This document shows, one piece after another, positions 38,692 through 52,400 of a stretch of DNA of 62,000 nucleotides. The notes beneath the pieces are model-generated. The model worked only from the letters and a program-made list of their open reading frames with translations, was not told the DNA's origin and made no database searches. This stretch comes from Octopus vulgaris (Eukaryota). The stretch covers positions 15,086,001 through 15,148,000 of the forward strand of contig OX597825.1 of NCBI GenBank assembly GCA_951406725.2, in the 5' to 3' direction. A program made the position numbers and the translations under genes. Position 1 is the first letter of the stretch. Every line of letters begins with the position of its first letter.

Positions 38692-40209
38692 GTAAGCGGC
38701 AGTGTAAGGGATCTCTCAGATGGTTATTATGAAGTGATTACAGAGCTGCTGCTATGGTGAGGTATGCGCTGGGTTAATATACAGAAGATTAACATAGCAT
38801 AAATCTTATAGTAATGTTCGTGTATTTTGAAGTGGAGATGTCATATTGAAACTTTGTCGTTCTACAGTGAATCGTAGTTTTCGAAATACACATATAGAAT
38901 AAATAACAGAGGGATGGATACCTCAGCTATGAAAACAAGCTGCTCTACTTCAGCTTTTAATGCATAGAACAACGACAACAGTACCTGAGATACAATAATC
39001 AATTCATTATTAATTATTGATATTTAAAGCAATCTCCTCCTACTAAAACGGTGTATGTCTTATTCTTTGGCCTCTTAGAAGGAAACGGATATTTAATAGC
39101 AAACCTTAAGAGGTTGTATACAGCAGTTTCCGTCTCATATCAAATAATTTAAATAAAAAAGATATTTCATGTAGACGGTGAGTTAAAATCGTTTGTCCCT
39201 TTTCTTTTACACGGAATATAATATAAAATATTTCTTCTTCTATATGAAACTACAAAATTGATTTGATGAACGACGATGAGCCTTACAAAGCAAAGAAAAT
39301 GGATTCAGCAAAATGTTATCACTTTTTCTCGCATCTTTTACACCTGTCATCTTTTTTTTATTGTATTTCATAATGTGATCTAAAAATGCATAAGCAATGA
39401 TGATTCTTATTTTCCAATTGATAAACTAAAGAACCTGCTCAATATAACATATACATTCTAACTTCTTCTCAACAACCCTCCATTAAAATAAAATGGGTGA
39501 TCATCCACCAACAATTGCAACGGATGTAATAAATATGCGTAACATTAATATTCATTACTAACAACAGCCGCATTCAATCGTACAATTGGGAAGGTTCTTA
39601 TAAGCCACTTGTTACTAAATAGATCGGTAAAACCCCGTGTCTCAAATCATACATTTAGATTATAACATCAGTAAAGATCGATGACATTAGCTTTAAAATC
39701 TAGTCATTTAAAATCTAGTCATCTTAACTTTTGCATTTAGCTTTTTCTTAAATATATACAATATCAGAACCAATTAAGAATAGAAGATAACGATAACAAG
39801 AGATATAAAAAGTTCACATGAACTGTCAACATCATTAATGTAAATATGGCCATAGGCTATTTTCTTGACTCCACAAGCCGGTAACCCGCCAGTGTTTTGT
39901 TAACAAAGATATATATTGTTTTAGAATTATGTGGTAGACTCGAAAGAAAACATGTATTTGAATTAGCCATACAAGGCATTAAGTATCGTTGGAAATGTGT
40001 TTATGTAGAATATTTAATACCTATGATAAAATAAGCAATGATATTCATTATTTATAAATTCTCATAACAAATCCGGGGAATTATGCATTTGCTTATACCG
40101 AACCAAATCATTATCGACTATATTATTTTGTTACCCCATTCCACGTAAGGATAAAATTCAAAATTTAACACATCGTGTATTGAAACCAGAGCATATAGGT
40201 ATATTTATT

Positions 40210-40585
40210 ACTTTGTTTCCCACAGGGGGATAAACACAGAGAGGACAAACAAGGACAGACAAACGGATTAAGTCGATTATAGAACCAAGAACCCGTTGGC
40301 TTGACACCATCAGGAGTGACACCGGAATGGACATGACCAATCTGAAGGAAGCGGCCCAGTATAGAACTGACTGGAAAACACTGATCCAACGAGTGACCGA
40401 GAGTCGACTTCGACTGACCGGATAGAGAGATATCGACCCCAGTATGTAACTGGTACTTATTTCATCGACCCCTGAAGGATGAAAGGCAAAGTCGACCTCG
40501 ACGGAATTTGAGCTCGGAACGTAACGGCAGAAGAAATAATGCTGAGCATATCGCCCGGCGTGCTAAAGCTTTTGCCAGCTGGGCG
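40210..40585 (-). mobile_element. SINE family B interrupted by a LINE insertion
   Basis: The family sequence GTCGATTAT|ATCGACCCCAGT is split at 40281/40430. Confidence 0.85.
40282..40429 (+). mobile_element. 5'-truncated RTE-clade LINE (3' end)
   Basis: Reads RTRWLDTIRSDTGMDMTNLKEAAQYRTDWKTLIQRVTESRLRLTG*, similar to the RTE/BovB C-terminus (RWLD...DR..W...V..SR.RL), followed by a short GA tail. Confidence 0.8.
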
Positions 40586-42130
40586 CCCCCTGACCATATA
40601 GGTGTATTATATAAAAGTGTGTATACAAATGCAACTACAACTTATATTGTTTGGTGAGTTATGGAATATGTCATCGATTGCACAGTAAAACCAACCATTT
40701 GGTTTTTTATACCAACATTATCGTTGTCATTTTCTCATTATATTTTCTTTGTTGTGTGAATGTGTGTATATGCATTTACTGGAGTTGACGGCGTGGTAGG
40801 AATAAAAAAATCGTTTTATAGAAATATTTTTCTCTTGCCTTGATCTTATACTAATGGCCAAAATTTTCTGAGTCACAAGGCAGTATTAAAATCTATGATG
40901 ATGCCATTCATTGTTCTTTGATTGAGATAAAATGAAAATTTGGTTGATATTGTTTATGTGGAAAGTTGCCAACAACAACTAGTATTCTCTTGATGCCAGC
41001 AGTTTAGATCTCTTTAAGAGTGCAATATCGCATGCCTTAAATATATGCATTATTAACAATAACTGCAAAATATATACAGCAAATTATCGCGTTGCGTGAC
41101 AAATTCACAGATTGCTATATTATAAACGGAATTAATATTTGTGTGATTGTACAAGTTTATGTGTGTGTACATATATGCATGTGTGTATGTATATCTACCA
41201 GTATGTATGTATGTATTTATGTATGTATGTATGTATGTATGTATATGTGTATGTACGTATGTATGTATTTATACAGTGATGTGTAATTGTCTAGATATAT
41301 TGATCAATACGTAGATAGACAAATGCGTAGATATAAACTTGTGTAAGGTGATATTATGATTTCCCATTAGGAAGGGATATAAAATACACGGGAAAATAAT
41401 GGTGAAATGAAAAAAAAAGAATAATAATGTTTTCTTTATTAACTTCGAGGTGGTCCCGGTAGTGCCCGCGGATTTCTGGAAACTATTATTAGCTCCAGCA
41501 CGAAAACCTTCCGGAATGTACCACCCAGTTGGTTTTCCCCGACGTACAGCATTGCTCAGAACAATCTAATGGATTTTCCCACCACTAACACTCTATACAG
41601 CGCCATTTTGGGACCTCAGTCAAAAGTATTGAAAGGCTATCAGCACTTGACACAATATCTGAATAGTATTCAGTTGACACAAAACTATTGACTATAAGAA
41701 GTATTTGAAGAAGATTTAGTATAATTTCTTCATAATTTCGCTAAGCAGAATGGCAAAACCTGACTGAGGATATTTACAATCAAAATAATTCCATACATGA
41801 ATGAATCCTTTTTTTTTTAATCAAAAGTAATTACCTTTTGGGGAACGATAGGATATGAAATGGCTTCTATTCATAGAATTCGTTTCAAGGTATGGATAAC
41901 TCAGTCTCATCACTGTCGCCCCATTTTCGGTTAAGTTGTTGCTTTCCTTACTCGCAAATGTGGTTAAATGCATGACAAAATAACTGTGCCATTTAGTTCT
42001 GCGTCTTAACATTTTGTGCTCAGTACGGTTTAGAGTCAACTTAGAATGGTGGCATACTAAACCTCACGGCGTTATACTAAAACTGAACCATTGTACCTCC
42101 AGCAATAAATATAGGTTATTTCGACATTAC

Positions 42131-42724
42131 TTATTACCTCCGCCTTTACTAAGACGAGAAGTGTTCTTTTCAGTCGTGTTTGTTTGTTTGACCGTGGGCA
42201 AGATATCTCAAAAACCGCTAGATGGATTCGGATGAGACTTTCAGAGATGTATGGCATCGTGGCTAGCGCGAAGTGCTACATTTTGGGATCGATCCGGCCC
42301 AGACAAAGATAATGGATTATTTGTTATATTTATTTTACTTAAAATGATTACGATCTTACATTAACTTTCGAGTCTTTCTCAATCATCTCCCTATAGGCTG
42401 TAACTATTTTAAATGGAGAATTTGGTAACTTTGGCTCATATCAATTAAGGATAAAATATTTATTATTACTAAATTTTCGGCTGCCACCTTCAAATTTCAT
42501 GACTACCATTAGGGTCGATTACGCACCGGACAAGGATTCTGGATTATTTCCAAGGGTTTTTTTAATTAATTTTTGAGAGCGGTCGGGTTCATGTTTAGTA
42601 TTCTTGTTTGTAAGAGCAGTCGAGGTCATTTCAGATATTCTAATTTTAAAAATCATCTCTGGCTAACCGTTGAGAGGACGTTGTTGTTACTTTGACGGAG
42701 GTTTGCACTCTGAGTGCGTTTGTT
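42131..42724 (+). mobile_element. Non-autonomous Helentron/DINE-1-like (HINE) element
   Basis: 5' TTATTACCTCCGCC subterminal repeat, (TTTG)n tract, 3' GACGGAGGT followed by hairpin GCACTC-T-GAGTGC and a TTGTT end. Confidence 0.7.
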
Positions 42725-42896
42725 ATATATTGTATTTGTCAAGAAGGTGCATTTGCAACCACGTCGTTTCGTATGCAGTCGTAGTGCGCGATACCATGGG
42801 CAAACGTATTCTACCATTAGTCACGGGACAATCATTGACCTGTAGATGAATTAATGGAGGAAAAGTCTGTCGATTCCCACCGTATTTATATATGTA

Positions 42897-42936
<40 letters not shown>

Positions 42937-43091
42937 TTATATATATATATATATGTATGTATATATATATATATATATGTAAGTATATATATATATGTAT
43001 GTATGTATATATATATATGTATGTATGTATGCATTTATATATATATATATACATATATATGTGTGTATGTATATACATATATATATATGGG

Positions 43092-43157
<66 letters not shown>

Positions 43158-43299
43158 GCGTCTGCGTCTTTCTGTTTGTATTTGACCTTCCATCGCTTGA
43201 CAGTGGATATTGAATTATTTACGACACTTGATAGCGGTTGCCCAGCATAAGGGATTGAGAGAAAATTTGCAACATTTGAAAATAGTAATAATAATAGTA

Positions 43300-43465
<166 letters not shown>

Positions 43466-44023
43466 TAAATAGGGTCGATTTGTTCCACTAAACCCACACC
43501 GTGCTGCAGCATGACAGCAGCCTATGAAGGAAACATGTAAAAACTAAAATGTCAACTAATTTAATTATTTTGGAGCTGATTAAACTTGAATTAGCTCTGA
43601 GGAGCATACTTGCGGACAGACGTTTTTTCTTTGTGATCATTTTGCCGTAATTAAAGTATCTCGGAAGAATATTTAATCAAGTATATCCTATTAGACGTAT
43701 GATTCGGAGGAAATATAGCTGCCTACTTTTGATAATTTTTAGTGTATGTCTACTTAAACGAACTACTAGTAATGTTGCTGCATCTTTAAGTATTCCATTA
43801 ATCCTATTAACATTTAATAATTAGTAAGAAAGTGGAGCTTAGAAGGAAAACTGGTGTTGTCCCCGCAAACTACTACCTGCATACAATTTCATTACACGGT
43901 TGAAAAACTAAAAAATATTTCCAAGTGTTGAACGTACTAAATGACTAACCTGCACGAAAAAAATATGCTTCGCCGTTGCCACAAAGTACGGAAGTATCAA
44001 TTACTATTACAGCTATTTCTACT

Positions 44024-44405
44024 TGGAAGCACTCCGTCGGTTACGACGATGAGGGTTCCGGTTGATCCGAATCAACGGAACAGCCTGCTCGTGAAATTAA
44101 CGTGTAAGTGGCTGAGCACTCCACAGACACGTGCACCCTTTAGTTCTCGGGGATATTCAGCGTGACACAGAGAGTGACAAGGCCGGCCCCTTGAAATACA
44201 GGTACAACAGAAACAGGAAGTAAGAGTGAGAGAAAGTTGTGGTGAAAGAGTACAGCAGGGATCACCACCATCCCCTGCCGGAGCCTGGTGGAGCTTTTAG
44301 GTGTTTTCGCTCAATAAACACTCACAACGCCCGGTCTGGAAATCGAAACTGCGATCCTATGACCGCGAGTCCGCTGCCCTAACCACTGGGCCATTGCGCC
44401 TCCAC
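44024..44405 (-). mobile_element. tRNA-derived SINE family D (~385 bp, probably OR1-type) with TSD
   Basis: Head TGGAGGCGCAATGGCCCAGTGGTTAG, B box GTTTCGATT(T/C)CC. TSD GCTATTTCTACT at 44012-44023 and 44406-44417. Confidence 0.92.
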
Positions 44406-44461
44406 GCTATTTCTACTACACTTATTACAACTATCTATTACTATTACTTCTATTAATATTG

Positions 44462-44889
44462 GAACACATAATAATAGACCGGACATAATGGTGATGGACA
44501 AGATGCACCACACATGTTATATAGTTGATGTTGCATCAACTATAGTCAAGACGGAAGGCGAAAGGACAGATAAATACAACGCTCTTATGTACGAAATAGC
44601 CCGGTTATGGAAAATGAAGACGGTGAAAATAGTGTCAATTATTGTTAAGTCCTTGTGAACAGTATCGAAAGGCATCGAGCGGAATATAAAGGAAATCGGA
44701 AAAGAGTGTCCAGTAGAATGTTACAAAAGGTTTACCTCCTTGGCATTCCCAGAATAATCAGGAAAGTAGAAGATAGCTGGAAAAAAAAACGATTAGCACG
44801 GCGACGTACGCTGCATGTAGTAAACCCGCTACGCATGCAAGACTCCAGGTGATACAACAAAACACGTGATAAAGAGAAATAATAAAAAT
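44462..44889 (+). mobile_element. R4/Dong-type non-LTR retrotransposon, 3' end (restriction-like endonuclease remnant)
   Basis: NRPDIMVMDKMHHTCYIVDVA...DKYNALMYEIARLWKMKTVKIVSIIV...ECPVE../LQKVYLLG, then a 3' UTR ending AAATAATAAAAATAA. Confidence 0.8.
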
Positions 44890-45262
44890 AACAAGAGCAC
44901 TCAGAGAGCACAAATGTCTGCCAATGCGACATCATCGTCCTCTCAACGATTAGCCAGAGATTATTTTTAAAATGAGATTATTTGAAATGACCTCGACTGC
45001 TCTTACAAACAAGAATACTAAACATGAACCCGACCGCTCTCAAAAATTAATTAAAAAACCCTTGGAAATAATCCAGAATCCTTGGCCGGTACTGGATCGA
45101 TCCCAAAGTCTAATCAGTTCGTATCAGTCACGATGCCAAACATCCCTGAAACTTTCATCTGAATTCATCGAAGAGATCTTGAGATATCTTATCCACAGAC
45201 AAACAAACGAAGAAACACGATTAAAAACAATACCTTCACCTTCACTAAGGCGGAGGTAATAA
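44890..45262 (-). mobile_element. Second HINE/DINE-1-like copy, internally deleted
   Basis: Reverse complement of 42131-42724 over long blocks (TCCTCTCAACG.TTAGCCAGAGA, GACCTCGACTGCTCTTACAAACAAGAATACTAAACATGAACCCGACCGCTCTCAAAAATTAATT). Ends GGCGGAGGTAATAA. Confidence 0.8.
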
Positions 45263-45272
45263 TGATGAAAAA

Positions 45273-45274
<2 letters not shown>

Positions 45275-45334
<60 letters not shown>

Positions 45335-45336
45335 AT

Positions 45337-45420
<84 letters not shown>
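45275..45420. repeat. (TAG)n-(CAG)n-(TAG)n microsatellite
   Basis: Directly visible. Confidence 0.95.
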
Positions 45421-45421
<1 letters not shown>

Positions 45422-45636
45422 TTTGATCTTTGCATTAGCAATAGTTTGTACGCTATAAATTTTCGCTTACGATAATCGACAAAAAAATAGTATCTGCTCA
45501 AAATATCTGTTTCGGCGCTTTCATTACGCAGGGTGTTACCGCTGAAAGTCATTTAAAGCGCCAAGGAGTCTATTGTATATTTGCATGTGCTGATCCGGTA
45601 ATAGTTTAGCTGTTGCAAGATTGGAACTAATGTGCT

Positions 45637-45686
<50 letters not shown>

Positions 45687-46152
45687 CTCATATAGACATA
45701 ATACATGTGTGTGTGTATCAGCAGCTGGTATTCAATTTGTAGTTTGTTCAGTTTAAAAAAAAATGTTAAAATTACCAATTATTTTCAAATGCGTCAATCG
45801 TTTTTTAATCGTGAACTCAACTCTATCCAATACTAATGACAGAAAATGCAACAAATCGTATTATGATAACGGCTTTAATGTAAGAAATAGTGGAAATTAT
45901 TGATATTAATGATTTATGCCATTATTTACATTAGTCTTGATATTTGTTTCTGCTTTATTGAGGTTGGGAATATTTTCCAGAAGATTGTTTAGAACGATGA
46001 CATAAAATAAATATGATTCTATTGATTTTCTTTGCTTGTTACTTTACAAAAAAAATCGCATTTATTTATAACAGAAAAGAACATTTTATCGCTTTATCTT
46101 TCTCTGATTTCCTTCCACACATACACACATACACACACACACATACACACAG

Positions 46153-46183
<31 letters not shown>

Positions 46184-46344
46184 AAGACACACACACAAAG
46201 ACACACACACACGCACATACACACAAGAACACATGAACATACACACACACATATATATATATATATACATTTATATATAGAAATATATGTAGGCATGTAT
46301 GTATGCATGCATGCATCCGCATATGTGTATATATATATATATAC

Positions 46345-46456
<112 letters not shown>

Positions 46457-48336
46457 ATATGTATATGTGTGTGTGTGTGTGTGTGTATATATGTATATAT
46501 TATGAGAGAGAGAGAGATGTTATTTTCAATTACCATAAATGTATTGAACAATTCTCATAACCCAATTTGCTAATGTATAGATTTTACATCAGATTATTTA
46601 TTGTTGCCCAAATGTATCTCATTATTTGAAACATTCAAATTCCCCATTTAAACTCAGGGCCAACAGAAATATATGGGCATTTATATCTGAAAGGTTAAAG
46701 TGGTAACAACATGCAAGTAGAAAAAAAAAATCGTTTCCAATTTATTGCTTCTAAATTATGAATGAATCTGTGTTGTTCAGGAAAGATAGCTGCTCAGATA
46801 CTGCTAAGTGATTGTTTGTTCTGGGTTGTTTTTGTTTTTTTCATTTTGAATTAAGTACAAGAATTGGATTTATATAAGTTTTTTCTGATTAGAATAAGAT
46901 ATTTGTCTATTTCCATTCATTCTGTTGTTGTTGTTGAGGTTGTTGTTCTTGTTTCAGTTGTCAATACTGATGTCTCTGTTAATTGAAATAGTATGAAATA
47001 GCATATTTCCTTACAAGAAGGATGCCTTAACGATTTAACGATTGAAAGTATTTTCATCGTTTAAAGGCGACAAAATTCCCTTAAATTGATTTCATATTTT
47101 ACACTGTAAAACTAATTGTTTTCTGTAAATTAAAATGATTTTTTAGATGTGTTTCTTTTTCGTACCTTTCTACTATTCTCTGATAGTTATTCAAACAGGT
47201 TAGTGTGTATTGGCATAAGTTAACACGAACACTATGCTAGGTTCCAAGGAAGTATTTCATATTCATATAAAATACTTCTAATTGAAGGAAGTATTTCATA
47301 TTCATATACCACTGAATTTCTGTAATGACATCATCTTAAGGAATGTACAGTATAAAACCCAATACGAAGTGCTACATAACCAATGAATATATACAAACTA
47401 GTTCCACGTGCATTAAATACTTTAATGACTTAGGGATAAGATGAATTGCTGATAATTTAGTACAACCACTCAAATTGGTATTCATGTTCGATAATTTATA
47501 ATCCAGTAGTTTACGTCTATCGGTATGTTTTAGAAGAATATGCCGACTAAACTGTAGAATCGACATAGCAATCTGGTTTATTTTACCATTTGAATATCAC
47601 TGAATGCTTAACAGTGTCCAAGAACATGACATAACTTTTAATAACCCAATCTACATTGATGTGAGGAGATGCCTGTTTGTAGTGGAACGTGTTAATTATT
47701 TATTTCACTTATAGTACTAAACATAACTTCTCCTATAGCTATATCGCGTGAGAGAATATCATTTAAGGACACATTGCTCTATCGACAGATTAATACTTCG
47801 CAACTAGTCATTGGTGATTCGAGAAAGATAAGCATTAATGTTGAGCATTTGAAACATTATTCCATGTACAATAACTTATCTGCTTATAATCATTTCTAAA
47901 ATTAAATGAGAAATTTAACGCCCATCCACTTATTTCGTGTAAACTGGCGCCTAGAAACAAGTTATATAATTTCATCATAGACAGTCTAAACGATATTCAT
48001 ATTTCCAAAGGTTTCTTATGGGAGACGTTGGATAGAATTAAGGTCCCTTTGTATAAATGATCATATTTTCTATTTGAAATCAGATCCAATAGCTAACGAT
48101 TGCTGCTAGTAATTTGTGTATTTTCTGAGACTAATAGGCGAGGTTTAAATGTTCAATAATTGTTTCTGGAGTTCATTGAATGCAGTAACTCATACTTGAT
48201 ATGCCTCGGAATAAATACTGAAAAATATTTCTCGTTTCTAACGGCTATGATTCCCCATCGTCCCTGAAGAGCATTGAGAAGAAGACTGTTAAATTCTACT
48301 AATTTTAATTATCTGGATACATGCTTACATAAATGT

Positions 48337-48525
48337 GATGCGCGGGCGTGTCTGTGTGGTAAGACGCTTGCTTCAAAACCACATGGTTCCGGGTTCAGTT
48401 CCACTGTATGACAACCTGGGCAAGTGTATTCTACTATAACCTCGAGCCGACCAAATCCTTATGGGTGGATTTAGTAGAAGGAAGCTGAAAGAGGCCCATC
48501 GTATATATATATGTATGTGCGTGTT

Positions 48526-48563
<38 letters not shown>

Positions 48564-48788
48564 TGTGTATCTGTGTGTGTTTGTTTCTTTGTGTCTGTGT
48601 TTGTCCTCCATCATCGCTTGACAACCGATGTTGGTGTGCTTAAGTCCCCGAAACTTAGCGACTCGGCAAAAAGGACCGATCGAATAAGTGCTAGGCGTGC
48701 AAAGAAAAAGTCCTGGTGTCGATTTCTTCGACTAAATGCTGTGCTCCAGCATGGTCACAGTTACATGACTGAAACGCGTAAAAGAGTA
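48337..48788 (+). mobile_element. SINE family A, older diverged copy
   Basis: Colinear with 35322-35732, with many substitutions. Confidence 0.85.
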
Positions 48789-49561
48789 TGAATATAAATA
48801 TGCTACAAATAGATACATGCTGACTATAAAAGATTCGAGATTTATAAAACACGAAGGCATTCTGAATTCAAATTTTACGACAATTATGTGAAATCTCGTT
48901 TCAAATGACTAAAAGTGTGAATGGTATTTGGATGTGCAATATCGTGCGTCTATTAATGTTTTCAAGACATTCGTAATGAAATTTCTGTCAGGCTCAGTGA
49001 AATTTAACAAAATGTACTTCTTAATGCCTCACCGTCCCAAAACGAAAATGATTTTAATAAAGAAACAAAGACCAAATTTTAATTCTCATCCCTAAGCGTT
49101 AACTTGTTCTTTGTGAGTGGATACGATGACAAAATGTTTTTTTTGTTGTTGTTTGTTTTATTGGAACTCATCAGAAAAATGCCATCAATGCGAAATCGTA
49201 TAATGTTTTCAAATACAGAAAAAAAATGTTACTAAAAATTTTACTGAAATCTAATTAACACAATGAAAACAAAATTGAGCTGAAGGAGATACATCGAATT
49301 AAAAGCATGGATTGATATTGATCATTTATGCAAGCATTCATCCGTACGCCTCATTCGTAGTGAAGTTGATTCGTATTACTCTCAGATGGTGGAAGAGAAC
49401 GAAAGTCAGCATCTTTCCCTAACGATTTACAAAAAAGGAACTCGATGTGAATTATGTGATAATTTGATGAACAAATGTGTTTGTCGTGCTTATCCAAAGA
49501 TAGGATATTTATAGCAAGAATCGTTGGTAATTGCACAGGATATTTATTTTAATACATTGTG

Positions 49562-49946
49562 TGGAAGCACTCCGTCGGTTACGACGATGAGGGTTCCGGT
49601 TGATCCGAATCAACGGAACAGCCTGCTCGTGAAATTAACGTGTAAGTGGCTGAGCACTCCACAGACACGTGCACCCTTAACGTAGTTCTCGGGGATATTC
49701 AGCGTGACACAGAGAGTGACAAGGCCGGCCCCTTGAAATACAGGTACAACAGAAACAGGAAGTAAGAGTGAGAGAAAGTTGTGGTGAAAGAGTACAGCAG
49801 GGATCACCACCATCCCCTGCCGGAGCCTCGTGGAGCTTTTAGGTGTTTCGCTCAATAAACACTCAGAACGCCCGGTCTGGGAATCGAAACCGCGATCCTA
49901 TGACCGCGAGTCCGCTGCCCTAACCACTGGGCCATTGCGCCTCCAC
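49562..49946 (-). mobile_element. SINE family D with TSD
   Basis: Near-identical to 44024-44405. TSD TTTAATACATT at 49548-49558 and 49947-49957. Confidence 0.92.
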
Positions 49947-51456
49947 TTTAATACATTATTACTTATATGAAATTAACAGCCTATTTACGTCGGAATCGCT
50001 TACAAATTTCGGCAGCTTAATCATTTTAATTCCTACAATACGAGAAATAATTCAATCCATTTCGATATTTTATGCGTATAACTTAGCTGATCTCTGCGTG
50101 CCAAATTAATCTGAATGGACGCTATTTGTATTATGTTATAATTACCTCAAATTCATTACAGCAAAACACATTCTCTTTATTGATGTATATTTAACCAATC
50201 GAAAAAAGTGATCTTTATGTGGTCGTACGACTGGTAAGCTATTGCAGCTAAATCTTCTCCAAACTTCGCCCGACTAAGATGAAGACCAAGATGGTATATT
50301 GTATCGTAATTGCTGGAATATGTCCTATCATTGATCAAATCGGGCAGCGCCGGCTGTTTACGAAACAACAATGCATAACTTTCTATTGACAAATATCCGT
50401 ATGTATCGATGTAAGTATGTGTTTGTATGAATTTTCGTGTGTATGTATATGTGTATAGGTATGTACGTATGTATGTATTGTTTGGTTTCAAAATAGACAG
50501 TGATTCATCCAATAATTTGCTTAAATAGCTGTAATGTTACAGAAAGCTTGAGAGCCAACAAATTGCCGCTTAAATCTACAGATTATTCAGTTTCCATCCG
50601 GCTTAATAGTTTGCTGAAGCAGAGGGTTGCCTACCAGAGAACGGAGTTGGAACATATCTGCATCTTTTCATGAACCTGTTCCAAAGTAATTGCCTGATGG
50701 TCATGATTGAATGCAAACAATTTTTTAATGTTCCCGCTAACAACATCTTGGTTTTCAGGAAAATACACCATATGATTATCTCCATTAAAATAGCACAAAA
50801 ATATCTCGGCTTCTAGACATCAAACGTAGTTCACCAAAAATCACTTAATACTAGGGTACCTATAAAGGACTGTTTGAACAACGATGAATTTGAGAACGGT
50901 CATAAACCATGTTTAACCAGAGGATTGGGGGCTATTTTTTTCGTGATATGGTTGAACCTTTCTGTTATTTAGATGGGCTTTAATGGATAAATCCCTTCGA
51001 AAACGAGAAGCTTCTTAAAATGGACAATCACCTACTGTTCCCCTTCCTATTCCGAATATGCGTCCACGTTAATCAATGGCAGTAAAGGTATTCTGTAAAT
51101 GGGCATAGAACAATTAGCAATCCTCTTTGTCAGCGTATCTACAATAGACGTGGAAGCAACAAAAGCACTACAGCAACAAAGTGGTATTGATTAAAAGAGA
51201 AATAATCTTAACAGGGAAATCAAAATTGCTGTGGGGCAGATAAAATAAGGGATAAACAAAATGGAGTTGGTGTAGCATCTGAGGTATTTCAGTAAGGTGG
51301 GTGTATTTCGTAGATTTTTTTTTAATACTACGTTTACTAACGTGATCTTTCTGTATTGAATAATCTTCGTTGAGATTTGAAATCATTTCGCTGCTACTTT
51401 TTATAGCTCGAGTGAAAACGTAAACGTTTTATCAAGTTCTGGTCACTAGTGTGTGA

Positions 51457-51502
<46 letters not shown>

Positions 51503-52029
51503 GAGAGTATGACAAACCCGCCGCCATATGAGTTTGAACAATATTTCAAAATTAATGAACCCATAGATTGTTTTTATTATAACGATTTAAAATATCTTCA
51601 ACCAAACTCACAAAACATGATATATTGCATATGTTTGTCGTTCTCAACAACAGTTGAGACAAGTTTATGATTATTTTCAGATGTGTGTTTTACATAGATA
51701 TTTATTAATGAGTCTAAATCTCATCTTTGTTGATGATAAATCTGTATTTCCAATCGTTGGTCTTATGCCAAGTGAAACGGAATCTATATTTCCTAACATC
51801 GAATTGAAATGTTCTTCCAACTAGAATAGAAAATGCGAGGTGGCGTTAAATTTCATTTGAATATGTTTGAAGATTTGTTGAAGCCCTTTACACAAATATT
51901 GGAAATATTGACGAAGTATAACATTTAAAACTGAAACATTAGCAAATATTGATAATATTTGATAACTATGCAGAGTTAAGTACAACATACTGTCAGCTAT
52001 GGAGTTACTGAACTATATTTGATCAACTG

Positions 52030-52400
52030 CCCGAATAATAATAATGATAATAATACTAATAGTAATAGCAAGAAGAAGAAAGAACAACAATGATAATATC
52101 AATATTAAGAAGGAAGAGGAGGAGGAGGAGGAGAAAGAACGAGAACGATAATATCAATTTCAATAATGATGATAATGATGATAAGAAGAAGAAGAAGAGA
52201 AAGAAGAAGAAGTAGAAGAAGGACAAGAAGAAAAAATAACAACAATGATAATATCAATATTATTATTAACGATGATGATGATGATGATAATAATAATAAT
52301 AAGAATAATAATAAGAAGAAGAAGAAGAAGAAGAAGAAGAACAACAACAACAACAGCAACAATAACAACAACAACAACAGCAACAACAATAATAATATTC
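52030..52400. repeat. Mosaic trinucleotide microsatellite (TAA/GAA/GAT/CAA)
   Basis: Directly visible. It explains the poly-L/I/K/N ORFs. Confidence 0.95.

Noticed and set aside
46917-46975. Thr-rich terminal exon on the minus strand (TSVLTTETRTTTSTTTTE*)
   Set aside because: The Thr run comes from a (CAA)n microsatellite and no upstream exon could be connected.
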